From: an uncultured Oleiphilus sp.
Lineage (GTDB): Bacteria > Pseudomonadota > Gammaproteobacteria > Pseudomonadales > Oleiphilaceae
Length of the DNA stretch: 64,000 nt
Direction of reading: 5' to 3'
NCBI GenBank assembly: GCA_913020045.1
Contig: CAJWBE010000017.1
Location: 1,493 to 65,492, forward strand
A model generated the notes under the pieces. The model made no database searches. It had not been told where the DNA came from and saw only the letters and a list, made by a program, of their open reading frames with translations. Position numbers and translations under genes: made by a program. Shown here piece by piece: positions 35,261 to 47,957 of the stretch (position 1 is the first letter of the stretch; each line of letters begins with the position of its first letter).

Positions 35261-37852
35261 ATGTCCAGAGACATTAACGACCCGCACCCCTATGAACAGC
35301 CGTTACTAACGCTGGCTCTTATTTTGGTTTGCGTGTTTCTAATTCAGACACAAGCAGCCAAGCGCCTTGATCTGATCGCTTATGATGCGGCCATACAAAT
35401 GCTGCCGACACCACTGGAAGATAGCGTCGTTATTGTTGCCGTCGATGAAAAAAGTCTTAACGGTATTGGCCAATGGCCTTGGCGCCGGGCAATTCACGCG
35501 CAACTCATTGATAAACTCAGCCGCTACAACGCATCCCTTATTGCGTTCGACATTATTTTTTCCGAGCATGATACTGCGCATCCTGAAGATGATGAGATTC
35601 TCGCAGACTCCATTCGCTCAAGTGCAAATGTCATTTTGCCCATGCACATACACCCATTGAGCTATGGCTCTTCGATGTCCGAAATACTACCCATCCCGCC
35701 CTTGGTGAGTGCAGCAAAAAAGCTTGGGCACGTCCACGTTGAACTAGACGAAGACGGACTTGCGCGAGGAATCTATCTCAACTCTGGTATTGGCGATGAC
35801 CACTGGCCTGCCCTTTCCATGGCAATGGCAATGGAAACCAACCCAATGATCCGCTATCAAAAACAAGCCGCAGACCAAGTCAAAGCACCGTACATATCAG
35901 TCAAAACTGAATATCGACTTATTCCGTTTGCTGGCCAACGGGGAAGCTACCCCTCATACAGCTATTTAGATGTCATGGCAGATAAAGTCCCGCCCGAAGT
36001 GTTTCGTGACAAAGTCGTGCTAATTGGCGCCAGTGCTGTTGGCCTAGGCGACATCATTCCAACCCCCATTACAACGCAGAATACGCCGATGTCAGGTGTA
36101 GAGTTTCACGCCAATGCCTATGCCTCTATCATGAATGACTCAGCAATTCGCAGTGTCGGACCGGTTTGGAGCTACCTCTTAACATTTGCGTTAATCATGA
36201 TCCCTATTCTGATATTCCCCCGCCTGTCACCAACGTTGGTAATGCCGAGCACCGCCCTGCTAACATTACTGTGCGCCGGTTTTAGCTATCTGCTATTAAA
36301 AACCGATCACACATGGTTCGCTCCGATGAATGCAATTATTGGCATTTTGCTCGCGTACCCTTTGTGGAGCTGGCAGCGAATGCGGCACCTTAATCGTTTC
36401 TTTTCTCAAGAACTTGCGCGTCTTTCACAAGAACCCGATCTCGGCTTTAGACGCTTGGGCCAGCATAGTGTTGAAAAGATATTCCTTTCGCTACTAGCGC
36501 TGCTCAAGCCCAGCCATTATGTGTTAAAGCAAAACAATCAGACGCTTCATTGCTTGGGCCAAGAACTTTTCGATGAGCTGAAACCCGCAGACGATGACCA
36601 ATGGCACCATGACGAACATACCAGCTCGTTGTTTATTAAGGATCGCAGCACTAGCTATCAGTTGTCACTGCGCTGGGAGCACTCTACGCAACGAAATCAA
36701 ATTAAAAACTTTCTAGACAAGCTAGACCTCAAGCTGCAGCGCGACAACAACCCTAAGCGTTATTATGAGCAAATTAGTAATCGTATTGGTCAGGTCCATG
36801 AAGCGATCACATCGATGCAGGACATGCGGACCTTTATATCAAAAGGTTTTGAAGAAATGCCTGGTGCCGTCGTAGTAACCGACCCCGTTGGCCTGATTAT
36901 CTATTGCAATAGTCGAGCAAATGAGTGGCTAAACGACACGGACTCGCCCCTCACCGGCCAAACAATTCATCATGTCTTCGCGCAAAATGTCGAAGAGTCT
37001 GAGTCGCTGCAACAACAAATTGTATCGGTATTGCTCGAAACCAAAGAGTGTGAGTTTGAAGCCCTCGTAAAAGAACGCGACACCTTAATTCACTGCATTC
37101 CTTTTGTCGTTGACGAGCACAGTGACGCTGGCATGATGATTAGCCTGTCAGATGTCACCGCAATTAGAGCTCAGCAACGAGAAAAAAACCAACTGATCGA
37201 CTTTCTATCTCACGATGTACGGTCACCACTGGTGTCGCAGCTTGCATTACTGCATGGTCTGCGCAACGGTCGAGTCGAATGGCATGACAGACTAATTGAC
37301 GACATCGAGGGACATGCTCAGCGTAGCCTCAATCTGTCTGAACAGTTCTTGCAGATCACTCGTGCAGAGCAAATCACAGAGGGTGAGTTTTATGAATTTG
37401 ACTTGCTCAGCGCGGTCGAAAACGCGATCGATTCGGTTAACCATTTAGCGTGCGAAAAGAAAATAAGCATCCATTTAAATACGGAGCAAGAAGCTTGGTT
37501 AGAAGGCAACGCTGAACTAATGGAACGTGCCGTCATCAACCTGCTTAGTAACGCCATCAAATACAGTAATGACGACACTCGCATTGATATCGTCCTAAAA
37601 CAAAATGAAGGCTGGGTATCATTGCAAGTCACAGACCAGGGTTTTGGCATTTCTGTCGAAGAGCTGCCCCATATATTTGACCGCTTCAGACGGCAACGTT
37701 CATCCGAAGTGTCAGGTGAAAAAGGAGCTGGCCTGGGCTTGAATTTTGTTAAGGTCGTGGTGGAAAAACACTTGGGTGAGTTAGCCGTTGACAGCCAGCT
37801 TGGACAAGGCACAACCTTTACCCTAATATTCCCTCTCTTAGCTAGCGCTTAA
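35261..37852 (+). CDS. CHASE2-domain sensor histidine kinase
   Basis: The CHASE2-like periplasmic domain is VIVAVDEKSLNGIGQWPWRRAIHAQLIDKL...VLIGASAVGLGD. It is followed by three TM helices, a PAS-like segment, the H-box FLSHDVRSPL and an HATPase (DQGFGI, GAGLGL). Confidence 0.85.
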   Translation: MSRDINDPHPYEQPLLTLALILVCVFLIQTQAAKRLDLIAYDAAIQMLPTPLEDSVVIVAVDEKSLNGIGQWPWRRAIHAQLIDKLSRYNASLIAFDIIFSEHDTAHPEDDEILADSIRSSANVILPMHIHPLSYGSSMSEILPIPPLVSAAKKLGHVHVELDEDGLARGIYLNSGIGDDHWPALSMAMAMETNPMIRYQKQAADQVKAPYISVKTEYRLIPFAGQRGSYPSYSYLDVMADKVPPEVFRDKVVLIGASAVGLGDIIPTPITTQNTPMSGVEFHANAYASIMNDSAIRSVGPVWSYLLTFALIMIPILIFPRLSPTLVMPSTALLTLLCAGFSYLLLKTDHTWFAPMNAIIGILLAYPLWSWQRMRHLNRFFSQELARLSQEPDLGFRRLGQHSVEKIFLSLLALLKPSHYVLKQNNQTLHCLGQELFDELKPADDDQWHHDEHTSSLFIKDRSTSYQLSLRWEHSTQRNQIKNFLDKLDLKLQRDNNPKRYYEQISNRIGQVHEAITSMQDMRTFISKGFEEMPGAVVVTDPVGLIIYCNSRANEWLNDTDSPLTGQTIHHVFAQNVEESESLQQQIVSVLLETKECEFEALVKERDTLIHCIPFVVDEHSDAGMMISLSDVTAIRAQQREKNQLIDFLSHDVRSPLVSQLALLHGLRNGRVEWHDRLIDDIEGHAQRSLNLSEQFLQITRAEQITEGEFYEFDLLSAVENAIDSVNHLACEKKISIHLNTEQEAWLEGNAELMERAVINLLSNAIKYSNDDTRIDIVLKQNEGWVSLQVTDQGFGISVEELPHIFDRFRRQRSSEVSGEKGAGLGLNFVKVVVEKHLGELAVDSQLGQGTTFTLIFPLLASA

Positions 37853-37922
37853 GCTAATATTTCTCGCCAAGTAAATAAAAGCGTTACGCTCATTAAACAC
37901 CGATACGAAGGAAATCTCTTTT

Positions 37923-38366
37923 ATGTCTAGCCGACTATTACAACTTGCTGTCATCGCATCATGTTTATCTTTAGCTGCCTGCACCGGCACACGTCCTAAC
38001 TCATTGGGCAATGCAAATACAAACCTGCAATCATGCCCAGATAGCCCCAACTGTGTTTCAAGCGTAGATAACACTGAGGATGAAGAGCATTTTATAAAAG
38101 CCCTCGATGCAAGTAACCAAAGCGAGCCGATACTAAAAATCGCCAGCATTATCGAAGCAGATGGTGGAAACATTATTATCAAAACACCTACCTATATTTA
38201 TGCCGAGTTCACGAGCGACCTGATGCACTTCGTCGACGACGTTGAGTTTTTGTTGATACCTCAAACAAACAAAATCGAGGTGCGATCAGCCTCTCGTTTA
38301 GGACGCAGCGATTTTGGCGTAAACCGAGATCGTATCGAATTAATTCGCTCTGCATTCCAGCGGTAA
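37923..38366 (+). CDS. DUF1499-like lipoprotein
   Basis: Lipobox LSLAAC. CPDSPNCVSS is the motif I associate with DUF1499. Confidence 0.7.
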   Translation: MSSRLLQLAVIASCLSLAACTGTRPNSLGNANTNLQSCPDSPNCVSSVDNTEDEEHFIKALDASNQSEPILKIASIIEADGGNIIIKTPTYIYAEFTSDLMHFVDDVEFLLIPQTNKIEVRSASRLGRSDFGVNRDRIELIRSAFQR

Positions 38367-38372
38367 ACGACA

Positions 38373-39260
38373 ATGAATCAACCTACTCAGCAGAAGGTTC
38401 TATTTATCGGACTAGGGGTGATGGGCTTCCACATGGCCGCTCATCTATCAAAAAAATACGACACCTTCGTCTATAACCGAACACAGTCTAAAGCAGACGA
38501 CTGGAATGCGGAGTTTGAGGGCACAACGTGTCCTGACTTAAGCGCCCTACCAGATAGCCTAGATTACATTCTAACCTGCATTGGGAATGATAATGACTTG
38601 AGAGACGTCTACCTCTCTGACAATGGCCTGATCCAACAGGCGACGCCTGGAACAATACTGATCGACCATACAACCGCATCCGCTGATGTCGCGAGAGAGA
38701 TAGCAAGTGCCGCTAACGCCAGAGGCCTTAGCTTTATTGATGCCCCCGTGTCTGGTGGAGAGCAAGGCGCGATAAACGGACAATTAACTGTCATGTGTGG
38801 CGCTGACAAAGACGTCTTCAAGCAAGCTAGACCGGTGATGGACTGCTTTGCTAAAGCCGTTAGCTGCTTAGGACCAAATGGCGCCGGGCAGCTCACGAAA
38901 ATGTGCAACCAGATTGCGATAGCAGGTCTTGTTCAAGGCTTATCAGAATCTATTCATTTTGCAGAGCAAGCTGGATTAGACCCCCAAAACGTTATTGACG
39001 TTATATCAAAAGGCGCTGCACAATCTTGGCAAATGGATAACCGACACAAAACCATGATCGCTGGCGAATTTAATCACGGTTTTGCGGTTGACTGGATGCG
39101 CAAAGACTTGGGCATCTGTTTAGATGAAGCCCGACGAAACGCCGCCAAGCTCCCTGTGACAGCGTTGGTCGACCAATTCTATGCTGACGTACAAGACATG
39201 GGCGGGCAACGCTGGGATACCTCAGGCCTTCTCGAAAGGTTGCGAAGTAAAAAGTCTTAA
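38373..39260 (+). CDS. NAD(P)-dependent 3-hydroxyisobutyrate dehydrogenase-family oxidoreductase
   Basis: VLFIGLGVMGFHMAAHL (Rossmann fold), DAPVSGG and GAGQLTKMCNQ are HIBADH-family motifs. Confidence 0.85.
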   Translation: MNQPTQQKVLFIGLGVMGFHMAAHLSKKYDTFVYNRTQSKADDWNAEFEGTTCPDLSALPDSLDYILTCIGNDNDLRDVYLSDNGLIQQATPGTILIDHTTASADVAREIASAANARGLSFIDAPVSGGEQGAINGQLTVMCGADKDVFKQARPVMDCFAKAVSCLGPNGAGQLTKMCNQIAIAGLVQGLSESIHFAEQAGLDPQNVIDVISKGAAQSWQMDNRHKTMIAGEFNHGFAVDWMRKDLGICLDEARRNAAKLPVTALVDQFYADVQDMGGQRWDTSGLLERLRSKKS

Positions 39261-39332
39261 TACGCGACTGCCTGCTTGAGCCCTAGCGCTCGCGATACAA
39301 CCGAGGTGACGGCTCACTTAATGAAGCGCAAT

Positions 39333-39372
39333 AAAAAACCAAATGAATGCGCTTGGCAAACATTTGGTTTTT
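39333..39372. terminator. Bidirectional terminator between the convergent oxidoreductase gene and topA
   Basis: A 12-bp stem, aaaaaccaaatg / catttggttttt, is flanked by an A-run and a T-run. Confidence 0.65.
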
Positions 39373-39421
39373 GCTACGGTCTCTCACACGCACGCCCTTA
39401 AAGACGTGCCAAACGTGAACG

Positions 39422-42085
39422 CTACTTTTTCTTCTTTGGCGCCGCCTTCTTTCTTACCGTTTTTTTGGCTTCAGTGACGACCCATTTTCCATTCTGATGA
39501 TAAGCTGACCAGCCCGTCGCTTTGCCTTTTTCTTCAGTCATCACATATTGCTCTTTCGTCTTTCGACTATAACGAACAATAGAATGGTTGCCCTTGTTAT
39601 CCTTGGTCGGCGCATCAAACAAGAACGCATATTTTGGATCGATCTCATCTTTATGCGGTAACAACTCACTGATCAAGGGTGCACGCGTTTCACGGTTCTT
39701 CGGGAATTTACTTGCCGCCAAAAACAGCCCAGCTGCACCATCACGCAGAATATATGTATCCTCAACCTTTTCACAAGCTAACTCAGGCATCGGAACTGGA
39801 TCCATTTTTGGCGGTGCAGGATCACCACTTCTCAGTAACTTACGTGTGTTTTTGCACTCTTCGTTCGTGCAACCGAAGTACTTACCAAAACGGCCAGTTT
39901 TCAGCTGCATCTCGGATTCGCACTTGTCGCATTCTAACAGAGGTCCGTCATAGCCTTTTATCTTGAACTCGCCCTTCTCAACTTCAAAGCCAGAACAATC
40001 AGGGTTATTGCCGCAAACATGAAGCTTGCGCCCTTCGTCGATTAAATAACTCTCCATCGACGTCGCACAAATCGAGCAACGATGCTTCTTACGCAGAAGT
40101 TTAGACTCGCCCTCGTCATCGTCAGCACTTGCGGCCTCATCACCCGGCGTTAAGTTTATCGTCGACTTGCAGCGCTCTTTTGGCGGCAAAGCGTAACCTG
40201 AACAGCCCAAGAAAACACCCGTACTCGCTGTACGAACCTGCATATTACGGCCGCACGTTGGGCAAGGAATATCTGTCTCAGTAGGGTCATTCGCGCGCAT
40301 ACCATCATTTGCCGCTTCTGCCTTATCTAGCTGTGTGACAAAGCCGCCATAAAATGTATCCAGCACGTCTTTCCAGTTCTTTTGCCCAGTTGCGACATCA
40401 TCCAACTGCTCTTCCATTTGAGCCGTGAAACCGTAATCCATCAAATCATCAAATGACTCAACCAATCGGTCAGTAACGATATCTCCCATTTTCTCAGCAT
40501 AGAAACGTCGGTTTTCTACTCTGGCATAACCACGGTCCTGAATCGTCGAAATAATGGCCGCGTAAGTCGATGGACGTCCGATACCACGTTTTTCCAACTC
40601 CTTAACCAATGCGGCTTCTGAAAAGCGCGGCGATGGCTTAGTGAAATGCTGTTTAGGGTCAAGTGCCTGCAGAGACAGCGCATCGCCGAGCTTAAAGTCC
40701 GGAAGCAACACATCATCATCTTTCTTGCTAGCGGTTGGGCTAACTTTCAAGAAACCATCAAATTTGACGACTCGGCCCCGTATTTTCAGCACATAGTCAC
40801 TAGCACTCGCTTCGACTGACGAGCTCAAGAACTCCGCATCGCTCATTTGACAAGCAACGAAATTTCGCCAGATAAGGTCATAAAGCCTCTCAGCGTCTTT
40901 TTCTAGATTCTTGACACCAGAGGTCTGTATGGTCACATCTGACGGTCTAATCGCTTCGTGTGCTTCCTGAGCACCGTCCTTGCTGCTATATAGACGAGGA
41001 TTCTCAGGCAAGTACTTAGCACCAAAATTATCGGCGATATAATCACGACAATTCGAAACGGCCTCGGCACTCAGGTTGGTCGAGTCGGTACGCATGTAAG
41101 TAATGTAGCCAGCCTCGTACAAGCGCTGCGCCAACATCATAGTTTTCTTAACACTAAATCCCATTCGCGTGCTCGCCGCTTGTTGCAGCGTAGACGTAAT
41201 AAACGGTGCATTCGGACGAGACCGCGTGGGCTTATCGTCGCGCTTGCTAATTTTGTAGTCAGACGCTTTCAATGCAGCCAAATGCTGATTGGTGTCTGCT
41301 TCACTTAAGGGACGAAAATTAGTGCCATCTTTTTTTACCACTTGAAAACGGGAGACCTCGTTCGCTCCGCGCTTCAAGTCGGCAAAAACCTCCCAGTATT
41401 CTTCAGGAATAAACGCACGAATCTCTCGCTCACGATCTACGATAAGCCTAACCGCAACCGACTGCACTCTGCCTGCTGACAAACCACGTGCTACCTTTGC
41501 CCAAAGCAATGGCGACACCATAAAACCCACAACGCGATCTAAAAAGCGTCGCGCCTGCTGCGCATCAACACGTGACTGATCCAACACCGATGGCGACTTA
41601 AATGCATCCTGGATCGCTTTCTTCGTAATTTCATTAAACACCACGCGGCGGTAACGTGACTCGTCACCCCCAATCGCTTCTTTTAAATGCCAAGCAATCG
41701 CCTCTCCCTCTCTATCCAAATCCGTCGCGAGATAGATTTCGTCAGCATCTTTAGCGAGTTTTTTTAGCTCTGCGACGACTTTTTCTTTACCAGGCAAAAT
41801 TTCATATTTGGCAGCCCACTTCTTCAAGGGGTTGATCCCCATACGTGCGATCAATTGTTCTTTAGATTTTTTCTTTTTGTGAATGATTTTATCTTCAGGG
41901 CTCAATTTACGCGTTACTGCCGCCTGCTTTGCTCGCTCAGCTGGCGTCGACGTGGAGCCGCCACCAGACGTTGGCAAATCTCGAATGTGGCCCACACTCG
42001 ACTTCACGATGTAATCGGAACCAAGATACTTGTTAATAGTCTTGGCTTTAGCTGGTGATTCCACGATTACTAGGGACTTACCCAT
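39422..42085 (-). CDS. topA: DNA topoisomerase I
   Basis: [22 protein letters not shown] (Toprim domain), the active-site region YITYMRTDS and C-terminal Cys4 zinc ribbons. The ATG at 42085 is the conserved start; the track ORF adds 26 hydrophobic codons. Confidence 0.95.
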   Translation of the reverse strand: MGKSLVIVESPAKAKTINKYLGSDYIVKSSVGHIRDLPTSGGGSTSTPAERAKQAAVTRKLSPEDKIIHKKKKSKEQLIARMGINPLKKWAAKYEILPGKEKVVAELKKLAKDADEIYLATDLDREGEAIAWHLKEAIGGDESRYRRVVFNEITKKAIQDAFKSPSVLDQSRVDAQQARRFLDRVVGFMVSPLLWAKVARGLSAGRVQSVAVRLIVDREREIRAFIPEEYWEVFADLKRGANEVSRFQVVKKDGTNFRPLSEADTNQHLAALKASDYKISKRDDKPTRSRPNAPFITSTLQQAASTRMGFSVKKTMMLAQRLYEAGYITYMRTDSTNLSAEAVSNCRDYIADNFGAKYLPENPRLYSSKDGAQEAHEAIRPSDVTIQTSGVKNLEKDAERLYDLIWRNFVACQMSDAEFLSSSVEASASDYVLKIRGRVVKFDGFLKVSPTASKKDDDVLLPDFKLGDALSLQALDPKQHFTKPSPRFSEAALVKELEKRGIGRPSTYAAIISTIQDRGYARVENRRFYAEKMGDIVTDRLVESFDDLMDYGFTAQMEEQLDDVATGQKNWKDVLDTFYGGFVTQLDKAEAANDGMRANDPTETDIPCPTCGRNMQVRTASTGVFLGCSGYALPPKERCKSTINLTPGDEAASADDDEGESKLLRKKHRCSICATSMESYLIDEGRKLHVCGNNPDCSGFEVEKGEFKIKGYDGPLLECDKCESEMQLKTGRFGKYFGCTNEECKNTRKLLRSGDPAPPKMDPVPMPELACEKVEDTYILRDGAAGLFLAASKFPKNRETRAPLISELLPHKDEIDPKYAFLFDAPTKDNKGNHSIVRYSRKTKEQYVMTEEKGKATGWSAYHQNGKWVVTEAKKTVRKKAAPKKKK

Positions 42086-42415
42086 AACTCTCCATACTGA
42101 CAGTTCAGTTAACAACGTAGGCAAAAAGATAATACTTGCGATGGCAAATAATGAGATGACCAAGGCAAAAGTGCTTGTTCAAAGCACAAATCAGGCGACA
42201 TATATATTGATTTGTAGCGGGAGGGTCAAGTAAATGCAAAGTTTTTTCATTCTTAGAAGCAATTAATAAATTGCGCTTTAGGCGAATATCACTGTTTTTC
42301 AGAAAACAAATAACGTACTGAAATTACTTGCTAGACTATCTAATGAAGCAATAAAACCAACTTCTACTGGTCCAGTTTTTAAACCTGAAACAAACAACTA
42401 TTATCATAGGCCGAT

Positions 42416-43171
42416 ATGTCAATCTCGCTAATCGCTGGCGTCATCATACTCCTCGTAATCTGCTCGCTCGTTGTTAGCTCAATCAGCTACAGCCGTCAAA
42501 AAGCTATTGCACAAAGGCGCAAAGAAATTGCGCGTTATAAACTGACGATAGAAGAATTAAGCGAATACAGAAACTTCCTATTAAAAGTAGACCCCGATTA
42601 CGACATACTGACTCTCCTGCAAAAACAATTACTCCATGCGGTAGAACAAATACTAGATCGCGTTCCCGACGACCAACAAATGCAGCGACGCACAAATGTA
42701 GAAAACGCACTACTGCAACAAATCATGCAACAACAGCGCAATAAGCCGCTGGCCCAAGTAATGGAAAGCGACGAAGAACTATCTCAAGCCAAAAAGAATC
42801 TCTCGAGCATCGCCAAGCATCTCGACCTTTCACGAAACTCCGGCACGCTAAGCCCTGCGTCTCACCAAAATTTTACGGTACATATAAAGAACATCGGCTT
42901 ACTTATTGACGTAGAAAGCCATCAACACCAAGCCCAACTATTTGCTGAGCAAGGAGACGTAGTCCTCTATCTGACACATTTGAAGCAGGCTCGTGATGCA
43001 TTGCGCAAAGCACCGATAGAGTCTGAGGAGAAAAATCAACGCATCCGCCAGCTGACGGAAGTACTCAATGAAACAAAGCGCACCAATAAAATCACGCCAC
43101 TTCCGCCACGAGATTCTGCGGATAGTGAACACAGCACCGAGGGCGAATCAAGTATCGAGGACCCTTCCTAA
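42416..43171 (+). CDS. Membrane-anchored coiled-coil protein, unknown function
   Basis: It has an N-terminal TM helix followed by a helical, Gln/Arg-rich body. It occupies the same position as the hypothetical gene between topA and fadA in Pseudomonas (from memory). Confidence 0.5.
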   Translation: MSISLIAGVIILLVICSLVVSSISYSRQKAIAQRRKEIARYKLTIEELSEYRNFLLKVDPDYDILTLLQKQLLHAVEQILDRVPDDQQMQRRTNVENALLQQIMQQQRNKPLAQVMESDEELSQAKKNLSSIAKHLDLSRNSGTLSPASHQNFTVHIKNIGLLIDVESHQHQAQLFAEQGDVVLYLTHLKQARDALRKAPIESEEKNQRIRQLTEVLNETKRTNKITPLPPRDSADSEHSTEGESSIEDPS

Positions 43172-43241
43172 CCCAATCGGTGTCGGACTGTTCTAAAGGA
43201 AAGACCTAAGTAAATTTCTCTAAGTCGACTGGCTGAAAAGC

Positions 43242-43277
43242 AAAAAAAGGGCCGAAACTTTCGCTTCAGCCCTTTTA
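43242..43277. terminator. Bidirectional terminator (convergent 42416-43171 and fadA)
   Basis: aaaaaaa-gggccgaa / ttcagccc-tttt forms a 9-bp stem with one mismatch and an 8-nt loop. Confidence 0.6.
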
Positions 43278-43296
43278 GTCTTGCGACTACGTTACC

Positions 43297-44496
<1,200 letters not shown>

Positions 44497-44503
44497 TCAG
44501 CAA

Positions 44504-46654
44504 TTAGCCGAAAAACTTCTTGCCAGTTTTAGCCATTTCTCTCATACCTTCCGTTGGAACGTATAGAGCACCTAAATCAGCATACTTGTCTGCCATCTTG
44601 TTGAATTCTTCGATACCGATCGAATCGATATAACGAAGTGCACCACCACGGAATGGAGGGAAACCAATACCGAAGATAAGACCCATATCGGCTTCTGCCG
44701 CAGTCTCGACGATATTGTCTTCTAGACAACGAACAGTTTCGATGCACAATGGAATCATCATTCGTTCGATGATTTCTTCGTCCGTAAACTCTTTGCTGCC
44801 TTCAACAACAGGCTTCAACATTTCATAAACGCTAGCGTCTTTCACTTTCTTCTGCTTGCCTTTACGGTCAAGTTCGTAAGTGTAGAAGCCTTTGTCTGTT
44901 TTCTGACCATAACGGCCATCATCGAACATCACGTCAATCGCAGTACGGAAGTCATGTGACATACGATCAGGGAAGCCTTCAGCCATCACTTCACCAGCAT
45001 GCTTACCGGTATCCATGCCAACTACGTCAAGTAGGTAAGCAGGACCCATCGGCCAACCGAACTTCTCCATTAGCTTGTCGACATGCTGGAAGTCAGCACC
45101 GTCACGCACTAGCGCACAGAAACCACCGAAGTATGGGAACAAGATGCGGTTGACTAAAAAGCCTGGGCAGTCGTTAACAACAACAGGTGTTTTACCCATT
45201 GCTTTCGCGTAGCCTACAGTTGTCGCAATCGTTTCTTCGCTCGTTTTCGCGCCACGAATGATCTCAACAAGAGGCATCATGTGTACGGGGTTGAAGAAAT
45301 GCATGCCACAGAAGTTTTCTGGGCGTTTCAAGTTCTTCGCAAGAAGATCGATCGAAATGGTTGAAGTGTTTGAAGTAATCACTGTGTCTTCAGACACTTG
45401 ATCTTCTACTTCACACAGTACGATATCTTTAACTTTAGGGTTCTCAACAACCGCTTCAACCACTAGGTCGACGTCACCGAAGTCGCCGTAGCTCAATGCT
45501 GGGTCGATTGCGTTCAGGATGTCAGCCATTTTGTCAGCTTTCATCTTGCCCTTGTTAACACGACTAGTCAGTAGTTTCTTCGCTTCGTTCAATCCAAGAT
45601 CGATACCCGCTTGCGCGATATCTTTCATGATGATTGGCGTACCTTTAAGCGCCGACTGGTAAGCGATACCGCCACCCATGATGCCAGCACCAAGAACGGC
45701 TGCTTTCTTCACTTTAGTCGCTTTAGGCTCTAGCGCTTTTGCTTGAGCTTTCAATGCTTGATCATTCAAAAACAAACCAATCAAAGACGCTGAAACTGAC
45801 GTTTTAGCCATCTTAGCGAAGCCTTTAGCTTCTACTTCAATTGCTTTGTCTCGAGACATACCCGAGTGCTTCTGCATCGCTTTAATCGCTTCAACAGGCG
45901 CTGGGTAGTTAGGACCCGCCTGGCCGGCAACGAAACCTTTAGCCGTTTCGAATACCATCATGCTTTCCATTGGGTTCAATTTCAGCTTGCTTGTTTTCTC
46001 TTCGCGAACTGATTTGTAATCCAACTTTCCAGCAATTGCTTGCTGGACCAAAGCAATCGCAGCAGCTTCTAATTTCTCAGGAGCAACCACAGCATCAACC
46101 GCACCAAATTTAAGTGCGTCTGGCGCTTTGTATTCTTTAGTGCCCGCAATCCATTCGATTGCATTGTCTGCACCGATCACACGTGGCAAACGAACCGTGC
46201 CACCAAAACCAGGGAAGATCCCTAGTTTAACTTCAGGCAAACCAACCTTAGCGACTGTCGACATAACACGGTAGTCGGTAGATAGGCACATCTCGAAACC
46301 ACCACCCAACGCGATACCGTTGATTGCAGTTACAGTAGGAAATGGCAAATCTTCTATTGCACTAAAGACAGAGTTGGCTTTTAAATTGTTCGCAACAAGC
46401 TCTTCTTCAGGGCCCGCAAACAATTCAGTAAATTCTGTAATATCAGCGCCAACGATAAAGCAGTCTTTCGAGCTTGTGACGATAAGACCTTTGATGCCAC
46501 TGGCACCTTTGAGGCTTTCTGCTGCCGCACCGAGTTCTTCTATTGTAAGTCGGTTAAATTTGTTAACTGACTCGCCTTCTAGATCAAAGTTAAGCTGCGC
46601 AATGCCGCCCTCAATCTCTTTAACCGTGATGGCTTTACCTTCGTAAATCATCAA
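44504..46654 (-). CDS. fadB: Fatty-acid oxidation complex alpha subunit (enoyl-CoA hydratase / 3-hydroxyacyl-CoA dehydrogenase)
   Basis: 716 aa. The crotonase half has [14 protein letters not shown]. The NAD site is [14 protein letters not shown], followed by the HFFNP motif. Confidence 0.95.
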   Translation of the reverse strand: MMIYEGKAITVKEIEGGIAQLNFDLEGESVNKFNRLTIEELGAAAESLKGASGIKGLIVTSSKDCFIVGADITEFTELFAGPEEELVANNLKANSVFSAIEDLPFPTVTAINGIALGGGFEMCLSTDYRVMSTVAKVGLPEVKLGIFPGFGGTVRLPRVIGADNAIEWIAGTKEYKAPDALKFGAVDAVVAPEKLEAAAIALVQQAIAGKLDYKSVREEKTSKLKLNPMESMMVFETAKGFVAGQAGPNYPAPVEAIKAMQKHSGMSRDKAIEVEAKGFAKMAKTSVSASLIGLFLNDQALKAQAKALEPKATKVKKAAVLGAGIMGGGIAYQSALKGTPIIMKDIAQAGIDLGLNEAKKLLTSRVNKGKMKADKMADILNAIDPALSYGDFGDVDLVVEAVVENPKVKDIVLCEVEDQVSEDTVITSNTSTISIDLLAKNLKRPENFCGMHFFNPVHMMPLVEIIRGAKTSEETIATTVGYAKAMGKTPVVVNDCPGFLVNRILFPYFGGFCALVRDGADFQHVDKLMEKFGWPMGPAYLLDVVGMDTGKHAGEVMAEGFPDRMSHDFRTAIDVMFDDGRYGQKTDKGFYTYELDRKGKQKKVKDASVYEMLKPVVEGSKEFTDEEIIERMMIPLCIETVRCLEDNIVETAAEADMGLIFGIGFPPFRGGALRYIDSIGIEEFNKMADKYADLGALYVPTEGMREMAKTGKKFFG

Positions 46655-46759
46655 CTGCTCTCCAAGTTAATTGTCCGTGCTCATACTGTTGTCCGACACT
46701 TCAAGACTTCAGCATTAGCAGAGTAATTGTTCCCGTAAAAGTGACCGGGAGCTTCCGAA

Positions 46760-46779
46760 ATTCATACGATCGTTTGAAT
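46760..46779. promoter_or_regulatory. Candidate TetR/PsrA-type operator in the fadBA promoter
   Basis: This is a 20-bp imperfect palindrome, ATTCATACGATCGTTTGAAT, with 18 of 20 positions symmetric. The bottom strand reads CAAAC-GATC-GTATG. It lies about 105 nt upstream of the fadB ATG and just downstream of a perfect TTGACA (46815-46820, minus strand). Confidence 0.4.
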
Positions 46780-47109
46780 CGCGAGGTGCGAACCATGGAA
46801 AAATTTTGCTCATTTGTCAATAAATATCGTGAACTAGTGCACTAAAAGTCCGTTCCAAAAAACACTGAAAAACAGATATATCTTTGTTTTTTAAAGATTT
46901 TGTTTACCTTCATTGATCCTCGGACAAATCAAGCCCATCCAATCACTTACAGCCAAAGAACCCAGGCACTGCGCAGTCATATATTCTTTTCTGCCAATTT
47001 GTATCTTATAGATTCACTACTACACTGAATTAAAGCGATTTTTTAACAAGAATCACCCGCACCCTTGAGTCAGCAAGAAACACCTTATTGAATAAACGGA
47101 GACTAATGA

Positions 47110-47919
47110 ATGAGCCTTTTCCAATCTCTCGGAAACCACATCAGCAAAACAATCACAACGGTAGGGTTGAGCCTCGCCCTTGTATCAGGTTCGGCTCTAG
47201 CTGAAGAGAATCCAACGCTCGACAGTGCGTATCAGATTCTCGTTAACTCTTATTACTCGATCAACGGGTTTTACAACTTCAGTGCAAACCAAGCTGACAA
47301 ACAACAAAGCGAGCTCATTCAAGAGTCGATGGACAACATCGACACACTTGTTGAAACTCTTGGAGAAGCGCTAGCGGAGTCACCGCAAGCGGAGGTCATT
47401 AACGACGCTAAAGAAAAATGGACGACTTACCGGAAAAAGCTGGAACAGAATGTAGACGAAGTAGAAAAAACTGGCTATCCGGACCTACGCCTTGCCGGAG
47501 ATATGGCAAGCAGTAACATCGCGTTTAACGATGCGATCACTAACTTGTACGATATTATCACCGCTCAGAGCAATCCGTCTGAACTAACGCAAACCGCTTA
47601 CGACGCATCTACAATGCTTGCATTGATGATGACAAAGTATTCTGCTCGCTCTACCTCAACAGTCAGCCAAGCATATTCTGGCGGTGGTACAGACATAACG
47701 ATTGATGCTTTAGCCGTCCAATTTGAAGAAAAATTAGACAACCTAACTCTACTAACAAGCGAGAACCAAGAAGCCGTTCAGCTACTAGACTCAGCAAGAA
47801 CGCAGTGGGACTTTATTAAAAGCTCCTACATCAATTACAACGAAAACCGAGTTAACTTCATCGTCAATCTGTACTCGAAGAAAATCATCAGCAACATTGT
47901 CGATGTCGTTAAAGGATAA
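47110..47919 (+). CDS. Secreted all-helical protein, unknown function
   Basis: It has a signal peptide (VGLSLALVSGSALA) and a helical composition. I recognised no motif. Confidence 0.5.
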   Translation: MSLFQSLGNHISKTITTVGLSLALVSGSALAEENPTLDSAYQILVNSYYSINGFYNFSANQADKQQSELIQESMDNIDTLVETLGEALAESPQAEVINDAKEKWTTYRKKLEQNVDEVEKTGYPDLRLAGDMASSNIAFNDAITNLYDIITAQSNPSELTQTAYDASTMLALMMTKYSARSTSTVSQAYSGGGTDITIDALAVQFEEKLDNLTLLTSENQEAVQLLDSARTQWDFIKSSYINYNENRVNFIVNLYSKKIISNIVDVVKG

Positions 47920-47957
47920 CCGCCACGGCTAACCCTGAAGACTCTGTCGGCCGCCTC

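Noticed and set aside
37838-38182. A 114-aa minus-strand ORF overlapping the DUF1499 gene.
   Set aside because: The plus-strand frame has a lipobox and the PNCVSS motif. The antisense ORF has no RBS or recognisable features and begins inside the kinase gene's end.
42086-42163. A 26-codon N-terminal extension of topA in the ORF track ([26 protein letters not shown]).
   Set aside because: The conserved TopA N-terminus begins at [15 protein letters not shown] (ATG at 42085), and the extension is hydrophobic and unlike any topoisomerase. The same logic applies to the 53-codon Cys-rich extension of bolA (32526-32684).
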